A DNA stretch of 58,043 nucleotides from Candidatus Woesearchaeota archaeon (lineage in GTDB: Archaea; Nanobdellota; Nanobdellia; Woesearchaeales; JACPBO01). A program made the position numbers and the translations under genes. The DNA lies in assembly GCA_016180285.1 (NCBI GenBank), contig JACPBO010000011.1:1-58043 (forward strand), read 5' to 3'. The notes below the pieces were generated by a model, which saw only the letters and a list, made by a program, of their open reading frames with translations, ran no database searches and had not been told where the DNA came from. Shown here piece after piece: positions 35,755-45,550 of the stretch; the stretch's first letter is position 1; each line of letters begins with the position of its first letter.

Positions 35755-35868
35755 GAAACTATGCTTGTTTTTAAATCTTTCTATTTTTAACTACTATAAA
35801 GTAATTTAAATAGAAAAGCTTATATACTGATTCTTGCTACCGGGTAGTATGATTGTACTGTGGCAAAA

Positions 35869-36003
35869 ATGAAAATTAAATTAAGCATTTCAATGGATCA
35901 AACCTTAGTTAAGGAAGCAGAGAAAGTCATTGAAGAAGGCAGGTTCAGGAATAAATCCCATATTGTTGAATATGCACTAAAAACATTCTTAAAAAAGGAA
36001 TAA
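35869..36003 (+). CDS. ribbon-helix-helix (CopG/Arc-like) small DNA-binding protein, 44 aa
   Basis: Below the ORF-track size cut-off. MKIKLSISMDQTLVKEAEKVIEEGRFRNKSHIVEYALKTFLKKE follows the RHH pattern (beta strand, then ..S.SHIVE.AL..FL). The stop TAA is followed 1 nt later by the next gene's ATG (TAAAATG). Confidence 0.6.
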   Translation: MKIKLSISMDQTLVKEAEKVIEEGRFRNKSHIVEYALKTFLKKE

Positions 36004-36004
36004 A

Positions 36005-37072
36005 ATGGCATTAAATGCGGAAGTAATAAAGGAACTTGAATACCCTTTAGTCATGGATTGGAAGCTTGTAGAAAAATGGGCAGATAAGATTCCAATATTT
36101 AGCGAGAACGACCCAAAAAACCCAGAATGGAAAGCAACCCCGGTCAAGCAATTAGAAGGCTGCGAGAATGTTTTTGTAAAAGACGAATCAGACATTAGAA
36201 GCAACCCCACTCAAACTATAAAAGACAGGATGGCTTGGGAATTGACTGCTTTATTCAGGGATTATGCCAGAGGGCTGTACTTAAAAAAGAAATCGGGCTT
36301 AGTCAATGGAAATATTGGCTCATTAGTTGTTCCAAGATTGACTTATGTTACAGCAGGGAATGTTGGCAGATCTGTTTCAAATATGTTTGAAAAATTTGAG
36401 CTGCCGCCAATGAAGCTCTTAGTGGATTCTTATATACTTACTGAGAGGTTAGAGACATTAAAAGGATTGCATGCTGACATTTACAGGGCAGATTTAAGCA
36501 AAAAGCCCCTAACTGCTGGCGATATAAAAAGATTAACTAATAATGAAAATGGCATTGATATAACATCTGTGATGATTATAGAGCCTAATGCAGTTTTTTA
36601 CGATTGGCATGTGCATGAAGCATTCAATGAATGCCCTGATGAGATTTATGTTCCTTATGGATCTGGGAGATTAATGGAAAATTATCTCACATGGCAAACG
36701 AGAAATGCACGAAACAAAGATCCAAGATTAAAGATACCGCTTGAAAAGCTTACTGGAATAAGCATATTAGGGGCAGAGCCTGAACAAAAAAGAAGCATTG
36801 CAGACAAACTTACCAAAAATTATAATCCTTTCATCATATTTGACGACCAAGATTTTTTAGCTTTAAAAACATTGGAATTTACAGGAAAAAACACAGGCGT
36901 ATTTAAAGTATCAGAAGAAAGGATAAAACAAGCATATCAAATATTAAGCCAATATTGCAATACCGAACCATCAGCTGCTGCCGGGCTGGCATTATATTTG
37001 CAAAGATTTGACGAAGGCAAAATAAACCCAAGAAACAAGGCCCTGATAATTAACACAGGCAAAGGAATCTAA
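36005..37072 (+). CDS. PLP-dependent enzyme of the tryptophan-synthase-beta / threonine-synthase fold
   Basis: PLP-lysine block KDESDIRSNPTQTIKDRMAW, TAGNVGRS, PYGSG and EPSAAAGLALY. Confidence 0.65.
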   Translation: MALNAEVIKELEYPLVMDWKLVEKWADKIPIFSENDPKNPEWKATPVKQLEGCENVFVKDESDIRSNPTQTIKDRMAWELTALFRDYARGLYLKKKSGLVNGNIGSLVVPRLTYVTAGNVGRSVSNMFEKFELPPMKLLVDSYILTERLETLKGLHADIYRADLSKKPLTAGDIKRLTNNENGIDITSVMIIEPNAVFYDWHVHEAFNECPDEIYVPYGSGRLMENYLTWQTRNARNKDPRLKIPLEKLTGISILGAEPEQKRSIADKLTKNYNPFIIFDDQDFLALKTLEFTGKNTGVFKVSEERIKQAYQILSQYCNTEPSAAAGLALYLQRFDEGKINPRNKALIINTGKGI

Positions 37073-37154
37073 TTTGTTATATAAGTTATAAAAGTTATAA
37101 AAAACAGAAAAGCTTAAATATAGGTTCTGGCTTTCTTACTGAAGGTGATGTTAA

Positions 37155-37394
37155 ATGGATGTTTGCATAAAAAACATAAATGATGAAGACTGGCTGGCAT
37201 TTAAGTCGGAATCTGCAAGGCATGGCATGAAAATGGGTGAGTTTTTTTCAAAAATAGTTGACGAGCATCAGGAGATGTGCAGTAAATTCAATACGAAAGA
37301 ATTTCTGTTTGGAAAAAAGACATTGAGCGAAGAAGATGCAAAAAATATCAGAAAAGCAATGAAAGAATTCAGGAAGGGCTTCGAGTTCAGATAA
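37155..37394 (+). CDS. vapB: VapB-like antitoxin (RHH type)
   Basis: 79 aa. IKNINDEDWLAFKSESARHGMKMGEFFSKIV is the usual RHH antitoxin N-terminus. Lies 2 nt upstream of the PIN gene. Confidence 0.7.
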   Translation: MDVCIKNINDEDWLAFKSESARHGMKMGEFFSKIVDEHQEMCSKFNTKEFLFGKKTLSEEDAKNIRKAMKEFRKGFEFR

Positions 37395-37396
37395 AA

Positions 37397-37789
37397 ATGG
37401 CTTTTGTATTGGACACTAATGTTTACATTGAAGTGGAAAGAAACAACCAGAAGGTAATAGGCGAACTGCAAAAATTGATCATATCCGATATTATATTTAT
37501 CACAACAATGTCTTATTCTGAGATTTATTATGGGCTGTTGGTCGGTAAACAAGAAGAATTGAAAGAAAAAGCAGATATGCTGAATAAAATTCCCTTGCTA
37601 AACACAACCAAAAACAGCTCCAAATTGTTTTCTGAAATTAAATGCGGGTTAGAGAAGAAAGGAAAAATAATCCCTTTATTTGACATTCTTATAGCATCAA
37701 TCACTATTGATAGCGGAATGACCTTATTGACAACTGATGAGCATTTTAAGCAGATTCCTGAATTAAAAGTAATCATATTGAAACCCTAA
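37397..37789 (+). CDS. vapC: PIN-domain toxin VapC
   Basis: 130 aa. FVLDTNVYIE (Asp 1), SYSEIYYG (Glu), ILIASI and LLTTDEHF (Asp 3/4) match the PIN acidic quartet spacing. Confidence 0.88.
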   Translation: MAFVLDTNVYIEVERNNQKVIGELQKLIISDIIFITTMSYSEIYYGLLVGKQEELKEKADMLNKIPLLNTTKNSSKLFSEIKCGLEKKGKIIPLFDILIASITIDSGMTLLTTDEHFKQIPELKVIILKP

Positions 37790-38646
37790 ATAATCAGCAA
37801 AACCACATTCCCCCAGATCAAGGTTGCAATAAACGCGATCAGAAAGCTCGGCACAAATGGAATCCCGTCTTTAACCAATATCTTCCTGACTTTTCCTTTT
37901 TTATAAAGGCCAATCAGTTTCCTGATCTGATTTTTCTCAATTCCAAGGTCCTTGGGTCCGGCAACATACTTTCCATCAACATGAATGTCATTGACAATCC
38001 AGTCGCCTTCTGTAAGCTGCATAGGCGTTACATGCTTCAGCATAGCAACCTTTTCAACTGACTTGATGAAAGTAAAAAGATAGACAACAATTATCATTAC
38101 AAAGACAATCACAAGAATAAGCAGCTTCAATATCGGGTTAGGGGCAAAGAACACAGATACAAGCAGCACAAGCCCAATCACCAAAACAGCCCTTCTCCAA
38201 AGCATAAAGCTTTTTTCAAGCATAAATTCCTTGAACACTTTTACAAAGTTCTTCTTGTTCTTAAATGCAAGGATGCAGCTCCAAACAACGCCGTATAATG
38301 CGCCGATAAAAAGCATATTGACCAAAAAAGAGATCATAAATGTGTTCAGCTTGAAATCCAGGCCGATTAAAGCGCCTAAGCCAATAAGCATCTTGCTGTC
38401 CCCGCCGCCCCATTGGCCCGTATAAAACATCAGATACGCCAATGCGAGAAACACAAGAAATCCAAAAACGCCGTACAATAAAATCCAGATGTCCCATGCA
38501 GCTAATGCCCATATAAGCCTTATCCCGAGGCCTGCAGCAACAAGCGAGTAATTCAGCCAGTCAGGCACTTCCCTCGTCTTAATGTCAGTTATAGACCCTA
38601 TTAAAAGCGCTGCAATGCAGACTGCAATTATCAAAAAATAAGCCAT
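37786..38646 (-). CDS. A24-family prepilin/preflagellin peptidase with C-terminal extension
   Basis: Two catalytic Asp motifs, GSITDIKTREVPDW and WGGGDSKML, in a polytopic membrane protein. BRE/TATA AAAAGATTTATAAAC (minus sense) at 38668..38682. Confidence 0.8.
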   Translation of the reverse strand: MAYFLIIAVCIAALLIGSITDIKTREVPDWLNYSLVAAGLGIRLIWALAAWDIWILLYGVFGFLVFLALAYLMFYTGQWGGGDSKMLIGLGALIGLDFKLNTFMISFLVNMLFIGALYGVVWSCILAFKNKKNFVKVFKEFMLEKSFMLWRRAVLVIGLVLLVSVFFAPNPILKLLILVIVFVMIIVVYLFTFIKSVEKVAMLKHVTPMQLTEGDWIVNDIHVDGKYVAGPKDLGIEKNQIRKLIGLYKKGKVRKILVKDGIPFVPSFLIAFIATLIWGNVVLLII

Positions 38647-38689
38647 TTCTTGATTTTAAACAAAAATGTTTATAAATCTTTTCGTTTTT

Positions 38690-39385
38690 ATGATGGGAAT
38701 GTTTAATATCTTGGCAGGGATTAATAAAAACATTCCAAAACACATTGCAATAAGTATGGAAGATTCTGTAAAAGGCAAGACAATTGAAGAGCTTTATGGC
38801 TTAAAGCTAAAAAAAACAGAGGAGATAATAGCTCTTGCAGTAAAGCTGAATATTCCTGTAGCAACATTCTATCTGACGCCCCTGAGCATTGAGAAGCATG
38901 AGAGCTTTCCCTCAATAGTTGACGCGCTTGTTGATTTTTTTGGCTCTCTTTCAGAATATAAAGCCCTCTCCGAAAGCAAGATTAAGGTTTCTGTTATCGG
39001 AAAATGGTATGATCTCCCGGACAGGGCTGTTGAAAAAATCAAGAAGATAATGGACGATACCCGCGACTATGCTGATTTCTTTGTAAATTTCTGCGTGAAT
39101 TACGACGGCCAGCAGGAGATTGTTGATGCTGCGAGGATAATAGGCAGGATGATAAAGGCAGGAAGGCTTGATCCAGATGTCATAACAAAGCCGCTGATAA
39201 AGGAAAACATCTACAATTCCTATTTTGTGCCTCCTGAGCTGATCATCAAAAACGGAAGAAAAGAGCTTAACAGCTTCCTCCTGTGGGATTCCGCGCATTC
39301 CCTGGTTTATTTCACAGGAAAGTTTTTTCTCGGGCTGAGCAAGAATGACTTAATGGCTGCGATAAAATTTTATAAGGAAAACTAG
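38690..39385 (+). CDS. cis-prenyltransferase (UppS)-like protein with degenerate catalytic motifs
   Basis: UppS-like blocks PKHIAI, NYDGQQEIVDAAR and LLWDSAHSLVYF. DGNRR is replaced by EDSVK and the FS.EN block is absent. Start uncertain (ATG at 38690, 38693 or 38699). Confidence 0.55.
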   Translation: MMGMFNILAGINKNIPKHIAISMEDSVKGKTIEELYGLKLKKTEEIIALAVKLNIPVATFYLTPLSIEKHESFPSIVDALVDFFGSLSEYKALSESKIKVSVIGKWYDLPDRAVEKIKKIMDDTRDYADFFVNFCVNYDGQQEIVDAARIIGRMIKAGRLDPDVITKPLIKENIYNSYFVPPELIIKNGRKELNSFLLWDSAHSLVYFTGKFFLGLSKNDLMAAIKFYKEN

Positions 39386-39457
39386 ACAATTCCGCAAATT
39401 TTTGATGAACTGTTCTTGACAGAAAGCTTTTTAAATAAGCTTCTTTTCCTTGGCATT

Positions 39458-39751
39458 ATGACCAAAAGAATCGGCTCGTCAAGAAGAAAAACAAGGAATG
39501 AGTTCAAAAAAGGCTTTAGAGAGCAGGGAAAGATAAGCCTGACCAGATTTTTTGCTGATTTAAAGAATGGGGAGAAAGTTGTGCTTTTGCCTGAACCGGG
39601 TTACCAAAAAGGCCTTTTTTTCCCAAGGTTCATAGGGAAAGTAGGCACAATAACCGAGAAGATCAAGAACTGCTACAATGTGCTGATAAAAGACAGGGGA
39701 AAGAAAAAAGTTTTATTAGTGCATGCGATTCATCTTAAAAAGGTGGAATAA
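39458..39751 (+). CDS. rpl21e: 50S ribosomal protein L21e
   Basis: 97 aa from the ATG at 39458. SRRKTRNEFKK..., FPRFIGKVGTI...YNVLI.D..KKK.LLVHAIHLKK matches L21e. Followed by rpoF as in most archaea. Confidence 0.85.
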   Translation: MTKRIGSSRRKTRNEFKKGFREQGKISLTRFFADLKNGEKVVLLPEPGYQKGLFFPRFIGKVGTITEKIKNCYNVLIKDRGKKKVLLVHAIHLKKVE

Positions 39752-40092
39752 TGAAGCCAGTAATAATAAGCGAAACTCCAATGAGAATATCTGAGGTAAA
39801 GGAAGAGCTGAAGAGAATAAAGAAAAGGGACAGCGAGTTGAACTTCAGGGCGGCAAAAACCGAGGAATATTTGGAGCATTATGCCGGATTGGGCGAAGAA
39901 AAAAGCAGGGAATTGTTTGACAAAATCAGCAAGCTTAACATACCCAGGATGAAGGACGCCCATATCTGCAAGATAATTGACCTGATGCCTAAAAATGCTG
40001 AAGACCTGAAAACAGTTCTGCAGGGGTATACAATCACTGTAAAGGCCGAAAACATAAAAAAGATTTCAGACATTATCAAAGAATTTTCCTGA
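39751..40092 (+). CDS. rpoF: DNA-directed RNA polymerase subunit F (Rpo4)
   Basis: 113 aa. Sits in the conserved L21e-rpoF-DUF655 gene order, with a helical Rpb4-like pattern (ISEVKEELKRI..., KIIDLMPKNAEDLKTVL). Confidence 0.72.
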   Translation: MKPVIISETPMRISEVKEELKRIKKRDSELNFRAAKTEEYLEHYAGLGEEKSRELFDKISKLNIPRMKDAHICKIIDLMPKNAEDLKTVLQGYTITVKAENIKKISDIIKEFS

Positions 40093-40146
40093 TTTCTAAG
40101 TAAAGTTTATATATAAGGATAATCAAGATAAAAATAAGAGGGTGGA

Positions 40147-40710
40147 ATGGACCAGCAAAAAACAAAGGAAGAATGGGTAGTGGTGCTTGATTTCTTGCCG
40201 AATGGCTATCCTTTTGACACAAGGCCGAGCCATTTAAAGACTCCGATAGTTCAGGCAATAGGCAAAGAGCACTTCACTTTGCTGGAATTAGTGCCGAAAA
40301 AAGGCATTACATTGACTCCGAATGAAGAAGTTTATATCGGCGAAGCTAAAAGGGACAAGATCCACCACATACTTGGAAAGCTGTCCATGGCAAAGCTTAC
40401 AGGAACTGCAAAATCCGAGCTGGACTATTTTGTGCAGGAGATTGTGCATAAGAATGAAGCCAGATTTGTGGATTTCTTCAATAAGGCGCAGCCCCTGACA
40501 ACAAGAATGCACCAGCTTGAACTGCTGCCCGGACTTGGAAAGAAGCATATGTGGGAGATATTGGAGCAGAGAGATCAGGCTCCGTTTAAAGGCTTTGATG
40601 ACCTAAAGAAAAGGGTAAAGTTAATGCCGAACCCCGAAAGAGTTGTCATTAAAAGGATCCTTCTTGAGATGGAAGGCAATGAGAAGCATTATGTGTTTGT
40701 AGAGCGGTAA
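40147..40710 (+). CDS. DUF655-family RNA-binding protein
   Basis: WVVVLDFLPNGYP...PIVQAIGKEHFTLLELVPK is the DUF655 N-terminal signature, with a C-terminal HhH-like part. Conserved position after rpoF. Confidence 0.75.
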   Translation: MDQQKTKEEWVVVLDFLPNGYPFDTRPSHLKTPIVQAIGKEHFTLLELVPKKGITLTPNEEVYIGEAKRDKIHHILGKLSMAKLTGTAKSELDYFVQEIVHKNEARFVDFFNKAQPLTTRMHQLELLPGLGKKHMWEILEQRDQAPFKGFDDLKKRVKLMPNPERVVIKRILLEMEGNEKHYVFVER

Positions 40711-41324
40711 TTAGTTGCTTTGATTATTTCTTTTGCTATGGCAGAATAATGCTCCAGCCCGAATGTATCGCTATCATAAACAGCATGGGCTAATTCGCGT
40801 TCAGCATCAACTTCAACGTATGCATTTGTCTGTTTAATCTGTTCTTCAAGCAAAGATTTATTCTCAGGATCAATTCCCTTTCTGTTATGCAGCCTTCGCT
40901 GCACTTGAGTTTCAAATCTGCAATGCAAAGCCACGATATATAAGCCGCGCTCTTTGAGATATTTTATAGTTGAAGCTTTCACAGCATTATCAACTACATT
41001 TTGCACGCCTGGAATAACCGAACGTAAAATCAACTCAGGCCAGATAGTATCGCCATAAGCATTAAAAACTTTTTTGCCAATATCATCCATTTCCTGCCTT
41101 GAGAACTTTTTGCACTCTATATTCCCATTTTTAAAGATCGTTTCAATATAATCGGCTTTCGGCAATGAGATTAATCCAGAATCAGATGCAATTAAAGTCA
41201 GCGGAATGCCTGCGCCATACCTGTTCATATAGATTAGATTGATATTGGGATTCTCTTTCTTCAGAGCTGTTCCAAGTGTTGTTTTTCCAGATCCCATTCC
41301 GCCGATTAAGACTATGTTTTTCAT
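40689..41324 (-). CDS. P-loop kinase-like protein
   Basis: Walker A IVLIGGMGSGKTTLG at the N-terminus, ~210 aa, with the overall size and layout of nucleotide or dephospho-CoA kinases. Specificity unknown. Confidence 0.5.
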   Translation of the reverse strand: MKNIVLIGGMGSGKTTLGTALKKENPNINLIYMNRYGAGIPLTLIASDSGLISLPKADYIETIFKNGNIECKKFSRQEMDDIGKKVFNAYGDTIWPELILRSVIPGVQNVVDNAVKASTIKYLKERGLYIVALHCRFETQVQRRLHNRKGIDPENKSLLEEQIKQTNAYVEVDAERELAHAVYDSDTFGLEHYSAIAKEIIKATNYRSTNT

Positions 41325-41346
41325 TTTATCTTATGCGCTTGATTTT

Positions 41347-42072
41347 TTATTTTTCGTATTGCTTTAAATCAGTAGTTTCTTTTGTCCATGCTGGTTTTTC
41401 ATGATATCCCCACTTTAATCTTCCAAGCAACAAACATTCATTGTTCACATATGCGCCATTTTGTGCCTTAGACCATTCCATCTTTTCTGTTCTTTCGTTA
41501 ACTGCCTTTGCATACCTTGCTTCAGTATATTGTGCACAAGATGCAGCAATACAAACTGCCTGCCGTGCTTCCTTTGGCAGAACTTCACGATCTCTCCAAA
41601 AAGCAGAATTTGCATCATCTGTGATTAAAATCAATTCAGACAGCGTCATATCCTTAACTTCGGGCATTACGTCTGTGGTCGAATCATGCATTATAAAATA
41701 CCTCTGAACCCATGGCTGTTTTCTTTGACCATTCATATCATTAGATGAAATAATAAGTTTTTCTTGGAGGTAAAGCTTCTGTACGCAATCATTAGATAAA
41801 CCAATTAAGCTTAATCTTCTAGCATACTCTTGACCAAAAAGATCACTTAGTCTTTCGGATAAATAGACTAGCTCAGAAGTCATGGTGTTATCTACTGTGG
41901 GGATTGCTGTTTTTAATTCTCTCATTGCTTTTTCTTCTTCTTCATTTTTCAACATTTCTGTTAGTGCTACATCAACATCTAGTCCGGCATCTTTTAAAAT
42001 TCTTAAAGTCTCTTCTCCAACCCGTTCAGAAATAATTTTTTTCTTTTGTTCTATATCGCTCATTTTGATCAA
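41347..42072 (-). CDS. hypothetical protein
   Basis: 241-aa ORF directly upstream of the P-loop kinase-like gene. BRE/TATA GAAAGATTTATAAA (minus sense) at 42105..42118. Confidence 0.5.
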   Translation of the reverse strand: MIKMSDIEQKKKIISERVGEETLRILKDAGLDVDVALTEMLKNEEEEKAMRELKTAIPTVDNTMTSELVYLSERLSDLFGQEYARRLSLIGLSNDCVQKLYLQEKLIISSNDMNGQRKQPWVQRYFIMHDSTTDVMPEVKDMTLSELILITDDANSAFWRDREVLPKEARQAVCIAASCAQYTEARYAKAVNERTEKMEWSKAQNGAYVNNECLLLGRLKWGYHEKPAWTKETTDLKQYEK

Positions 42073-42148
42073 GTTTATTTTTCAATCCAAGAAATGAAAG
42101 TTCATTTATAAATCTTTCTTTTTTTAACCACTTTAAAGTAAAAAAGAA

Positions 42149-42748
42149 CTATCTGCTGCTGTCTGACTGCCTTTCGACTTCAAACTTCTTTGCTATCGCG
42201 CCGGAAGCCTGGTTTTTTTGGTATGCGAAGATGATCTCATCAGCAAGCGCGTCTATAATATGCTTCTTGGAATTGAATGATTTTTGAAATGCGCTCTGCG
42301 CCATGTAGCGCAGCGCAATGTCCACCCTTCTCTGAGGCGAGCAGTCTGTTGCTTTAGGATACCTTGCTCCGCCATACTCGATTGTTATGATCTCTTCGCG
42401 GGGAGCTGCATTTTCAACTGCCTTTACAAAAACCTTGAGAGGATTCTCCTTCAGTTTCCTTTCAACAATCTTGAACGCCTCTTTTACAATATGATATGCA
42501 TTGCTTGCCTTGCCGGTCATATGGTAGCTTGTCTTTAAATGCTTCTTGCTTTTATGGCCAGGAATCATCAACTTGTTTATCAGCCTTTCAACAATAAAAG
42601 TTTTTGACTTGTGGAATTTTTGGCCAACATAGCGCGCTCCTGTCTTAGGCACAATCTTTGGCTCAACTGTGATGTAATCAATCAGCCCAAGGTCTTCTAC
42701 TTTTATTCCCTCTGCGCCCCATATATTAAATGCTTTTATGACACTCAT
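42149..42748 (-). CDS. rps7: 30S ribosomal protein S7
   Basis: 199 aa. Archaeal S7/uS7 pattern ([31 protein letters not shown]) and the conserved S12-S7 order. Confidence 0.93.
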   Translation of the reverse strand: MSVIKAFNIWGAEGIKVEDLGLIDYITVEPKIVPKTGARYVGQKFHKSKTFIVERLINKLMIPGHKSKKHLKTSYHMTGKASNAYHIVKEAFKIVERKLKENPLKVFVKAVENAAPREEIITIEYGGARYPKATDCSPQRRVDIALRYMAQSAFQKSFNSKKHIIDALADEIIFAYQKNQASGAIAKKFEVERQSDSSR

Positions 42749-43182
42749 TTTCTGGCCTTCTCTATCTTGCCTTTAAGTAAGGCAATTAAGCTTTGATCAT
42801 TAACCTTGATAACTCTCCACCTGACTCCAGGGAGGTCTCCATAAGAACGGCCCATTCTGCCGCCTATGCATTCAATTATGACTTCATCATGCTCATCAAT
42901 CAATTTCTGGGCGCCGTCACCCGGCATAAATGCTGTTACCTGCCTTCCGTTTTTTATAAGCTGTACTCTGCAGCACTTCCTCATTGCTGAGTTTGGCTGC
43001 TTAGCCTCAAGCTGCACCTTTTCCAGAACTATTCCGCGCGCCTGTGAAGAGCCTTCCAGCGGGTCAGACTTCTCTTTAAGCTTAAGTATCCTTCTGACGT
43101 AAAGCCTCTGCTTCCATCTGCTTTTATGCCTTCTTCTCATCAGCTTTTTAGCAGAGTTTAACCCTTGTGACTTACTTGCCAT
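42745..43182 (-). CDS. rps12: 30S ribosomal protein S12
   Basis: 145 aa. [19 protein letters not shown] and [11 protein letters not shown] are archaeal uS12 signatures. Confidence 0.95.
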   Translation of the reverse strand: MASKSQGLNSAKKLMRRRHKSRWKQRLYVRRILKLKEKSDPLEGSSQARGIVLEKVQLEAKQPNSAMRKCCRVQLIKNGRQVTAFMPGDGAQKLIDEHDEVIIECIGGRMGRSYGDLPGVRWRVIKVNDQSLIALLKGKIEKARK

Positions 43183-43362
43183 GTTTATAAAATAAGATTT
43201 TTGGTTTATTTATAAAGGTTTTTGTTTTAGGCCGTGTTGCGCAATTGCCGGATAAATGTCTGCTAGGAGATTTTTTGGGCAGGAGGAAATGGTTGTTATG
43301 CAAAATAATTTTCAAGGGCTAAATACAGAAGGGGACTTTGGCTTGAAGATTATTCTTGAGAA

Positions 43363-43617
43363 TCAAATAACATATTGATTAGGTAATCGATCTAATGCGG
43401 CTCTATGTCTTTTTATAGCATAATAGGTAAAAGGCCCCGTTATTCTCATACTTTCATAAGTACATTCAAAAATCCCTTTTATCCCAGAAGCAACGTCGGG
43501 TTTAGCCTCAATCTTTTTAGTTATGCGATCGATATTTTTAGCAAATCCATAGTCACAACTTAAATAACCTACAACTACACAAGTTCCGATTATAGCCGTT
43601 AAACTCATTTTAATCAC
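43363..43617 (-). CDS. small hypothetical protein with N-terminal hydrophobic segment
   Basis: 84-aa ORF lying between nusA and rps12, which are normally adjacent. Confidence 0.35.
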   Translation of the reverse strand: MIKMSLTAIIGTCVVVGYLSCDYGFAKNIDRITKKIEAKPDVASGIKGIFECTYESMRITGPFTYYAIKRHRAALDRLPNQYVI

Positions 43618-43723
43618 CAGTTAATTTATTATAAGAAATAAGGCGTAGTATATAAAACTTTCGTTTATGTAGCTACTATTAAGTGAATATCGAATCATAA
43701 CACAAAATATCTACTTCACCGAC

Positions 43724-44146
43724 CTAAATAACTTTGATCCCGTCAATCTCAAAATACCTTTTGACAACATTCTCATAAGCTCGCAGATTCTGGGCATCTC
43801 TTCCTATAAGCAGCCCCTTGGTTTTTCCATCCTGCCCGAATATTGTGACGATCTTGTTCTCTTCCTTTATTTCTTTCACAGCAAGAGGATATATCAGATT
43901 CCTGACAAAATGCAGCAGATCATTATTAAACTCAATTACCTTTATCCTCTTATTCAGCACATTTTCCAGCCTTTTTGCATTCACTCCGCTTTTGCCGATC
44001 GCCTTTCCGATCTCGCCTTCTTCAACAATGAATAAAAGCCTTCCTTCTTCGTTAACAACATCCTTTAATCTGGCTCCGGTTATAGTTTCGAACAGAGAAA
44101 TGAACTTCATCAGGCTAATATCGTATTTTATCCTATTCACTTTCAA
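43724..44146 (-). CDS. nusA: archaeal NusA-like protein (two KH domains)
   Basis: 140 aa. KH GxxG loops IGKAIGKSGVNAKRL and GLLIGRDAQNLR. Conserved position after L30e. Confidence 0.85.
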   Translation of the reverse strand: MKVNRIKYDISLMKFISLFETITGARLKDVVNEEGRLLFIVEEGEIGKAIGKSGVNAKRLENVLNKRIKVIEFNNDLLHFVRNLIYPLAVKEIKEENKIVTIFGQDGKTKGLLIGRDAQNLRAYENVVKRYFEIDGIKVI

Positions 44147-44409
44147 CCCTTAACAACGGAGGCAACAGCTACGGAGAAAGGCTTCTTGCATAGCGCGCCA
44201 AGCTCCTCGTTATTCTGCTTAAGATCGATGAAGTTTGCGCCTGAAAGGCTGCAGTATTTTTTAAGATCTTTTTTAATGCCATCCGGGCAGTTTGCAGATA
44301 TAAATATCTTTTCAGCCGTCTTATTCTTCAAAAGCTTGATGGCCCTCTCGCAGCCTATAATAAGCTTCTTGCTCTTTGCCAATTTTTTAATTTCTTCTTC
44401 TGTGTCCAT
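44143..44409 (-). CDS. rpl30e: 50S ribosomal protein L30e
   Basis: 88 aa. KKLIIGCERAIKLLKNKTAEKIFISANCP...ELGALCKKPFSVAVASV fits L30e. Conserved position after rpoA2. Confidence 0.85.
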   Translation of the reverse strand: MDTEEEIKKLAKSKKLIIGCERAIKLLKNKTAEKIFISANCPDGIKKDLKKYCSLSGANFIDLKQNNEELGALCKKPFSVAVASVVKG

Positions 44410-44418
44410 TTTAGCCCC

Positions 44419-45549
44419 TTATTTTGTTCTCGTTACCAATCCTGGCAGGCCGGTTCCAATCGGCACAGGCTGGTTCAGCATTACATTCTCAACAACAGAA
44501 TTAAGCTCGTCCACTTCCCCGCATACAGATGCGCCAATCATGTGCTTTATCGGAGTTTCGAATGACGCCCTTGCCAATACCGACGCCTTCTCTTTCACAA
44601 TTCCGTATCTTGTAATGCCTCTTATCTTGCCTGATGTGCACATTGTATCAGCAACAAGCATGATGTGCCTTATATCAATATCCAGCACCTGGCTCTCCAT
44701 GACCTTGAATACCTCGTTTATTATTGACTGCCTTGCAGCCTCTATTCCCAAGATCTCAGAAATCTCAAAAATATCATTCGATATTGTCTTTGTTTCATCA
44801 ACATAATTCAGCTCAAACACGTCTTTGAGGTTTGTGCCTGCTGTTATTATTATAAACTCATCTCCTCTTTTTACAGGAAGAACCTGTGAAATGCCCTTTA
44901 TGCCCTTTATATATACTTTCTTTAATTTTTCCTTAAGCTTATACAGGTCATTAAGGCTTTCTTCTTTCCCCTTTGGCTTTACAGCAACATCTTCACCCTT
45001 AACTTTAACGCTGTGGCCCTTGACAGATTCTATTGCTTTTGCAACAGCGCCGGCAGTTATGTCAATTTCATTCATCTTTTCTTTATCCAGCCTGACATCA
45101 AGCGACATATCGGCAATATTTATCGAAATCTCCTTTGTTATCTCCCATAATTCTGTTTCCTTTATTGACAAGGCAATCTTCCTTATATCCTTGCCTTTTG
45201 AATAAGGCTCTTTGAGGTGTATCTCCATCATCGGCGTTGAGATTTCTTTTCTTCCGTCAAAAATCTCAATTATCCTTGGCAGCCCCATTGTGACATTCAT
45301 CTCAGCAACTCCTGCAAAATGGAATGTGTTCAGCGTCATCTGAGTTCCTGGCTCTCCGATGCTTTCAGCGCTTATCAAGCCGACGCTGTCTCCCGGCTCC
45401 ACCTGGGCATTAATGTATTCATTATAAACAGATTCAACTATTTCTTTCATTTTCCCCTTGCCTAAGCCTTTCGGCATATTCTCTTTTATTTCTTCAAGTA
45501 TTTTTTTAGGCAGCTTATCTTCATATTCCTTCAACAAATCCTCAACCAT
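44419..45549 (-). CDS. rpoA2: DNA-directed RNA polymerase subunit A'' (Rpo1C)
   Basis: 376 aa. [18 protein letters not shown] trigger-loop region, immediately downstream of rpoA1. Confidence 0.93.
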   Translation of the reverse strand: MVEDLLKEYEDKLPKKILEEIKENMPKGLGKGKMKEIVESVYNEYINAQVEPGDSVGLISAESIGEPGTQMTLNTFHFAGVAEMNVTMGLPRIIEIFDGRKEISTPMMEIHLKEPYSKGKDIRKIALSIKETELWEITKEISINIADMSLDVRLDKEKMNEIDITAGAVAKAIESVKGHSVKVKGEDVAVKPKGKEESLNDLYKLKEKLKKVYIKGIKGISQVLPVKRGDEFIIITAGTNLKDVFELNYVDETKTISNDIFEISEILGIEAARQSIINEVFKVMESQVLDIDIRHIMLVADTMCTSGKIRGITRYGIVKEKASVLARASFETPIKHMIGASVCGEVDELNSVVENVMLNQPVPIGTGLPGLVTRTK

Positions 45550-45550
45550 T

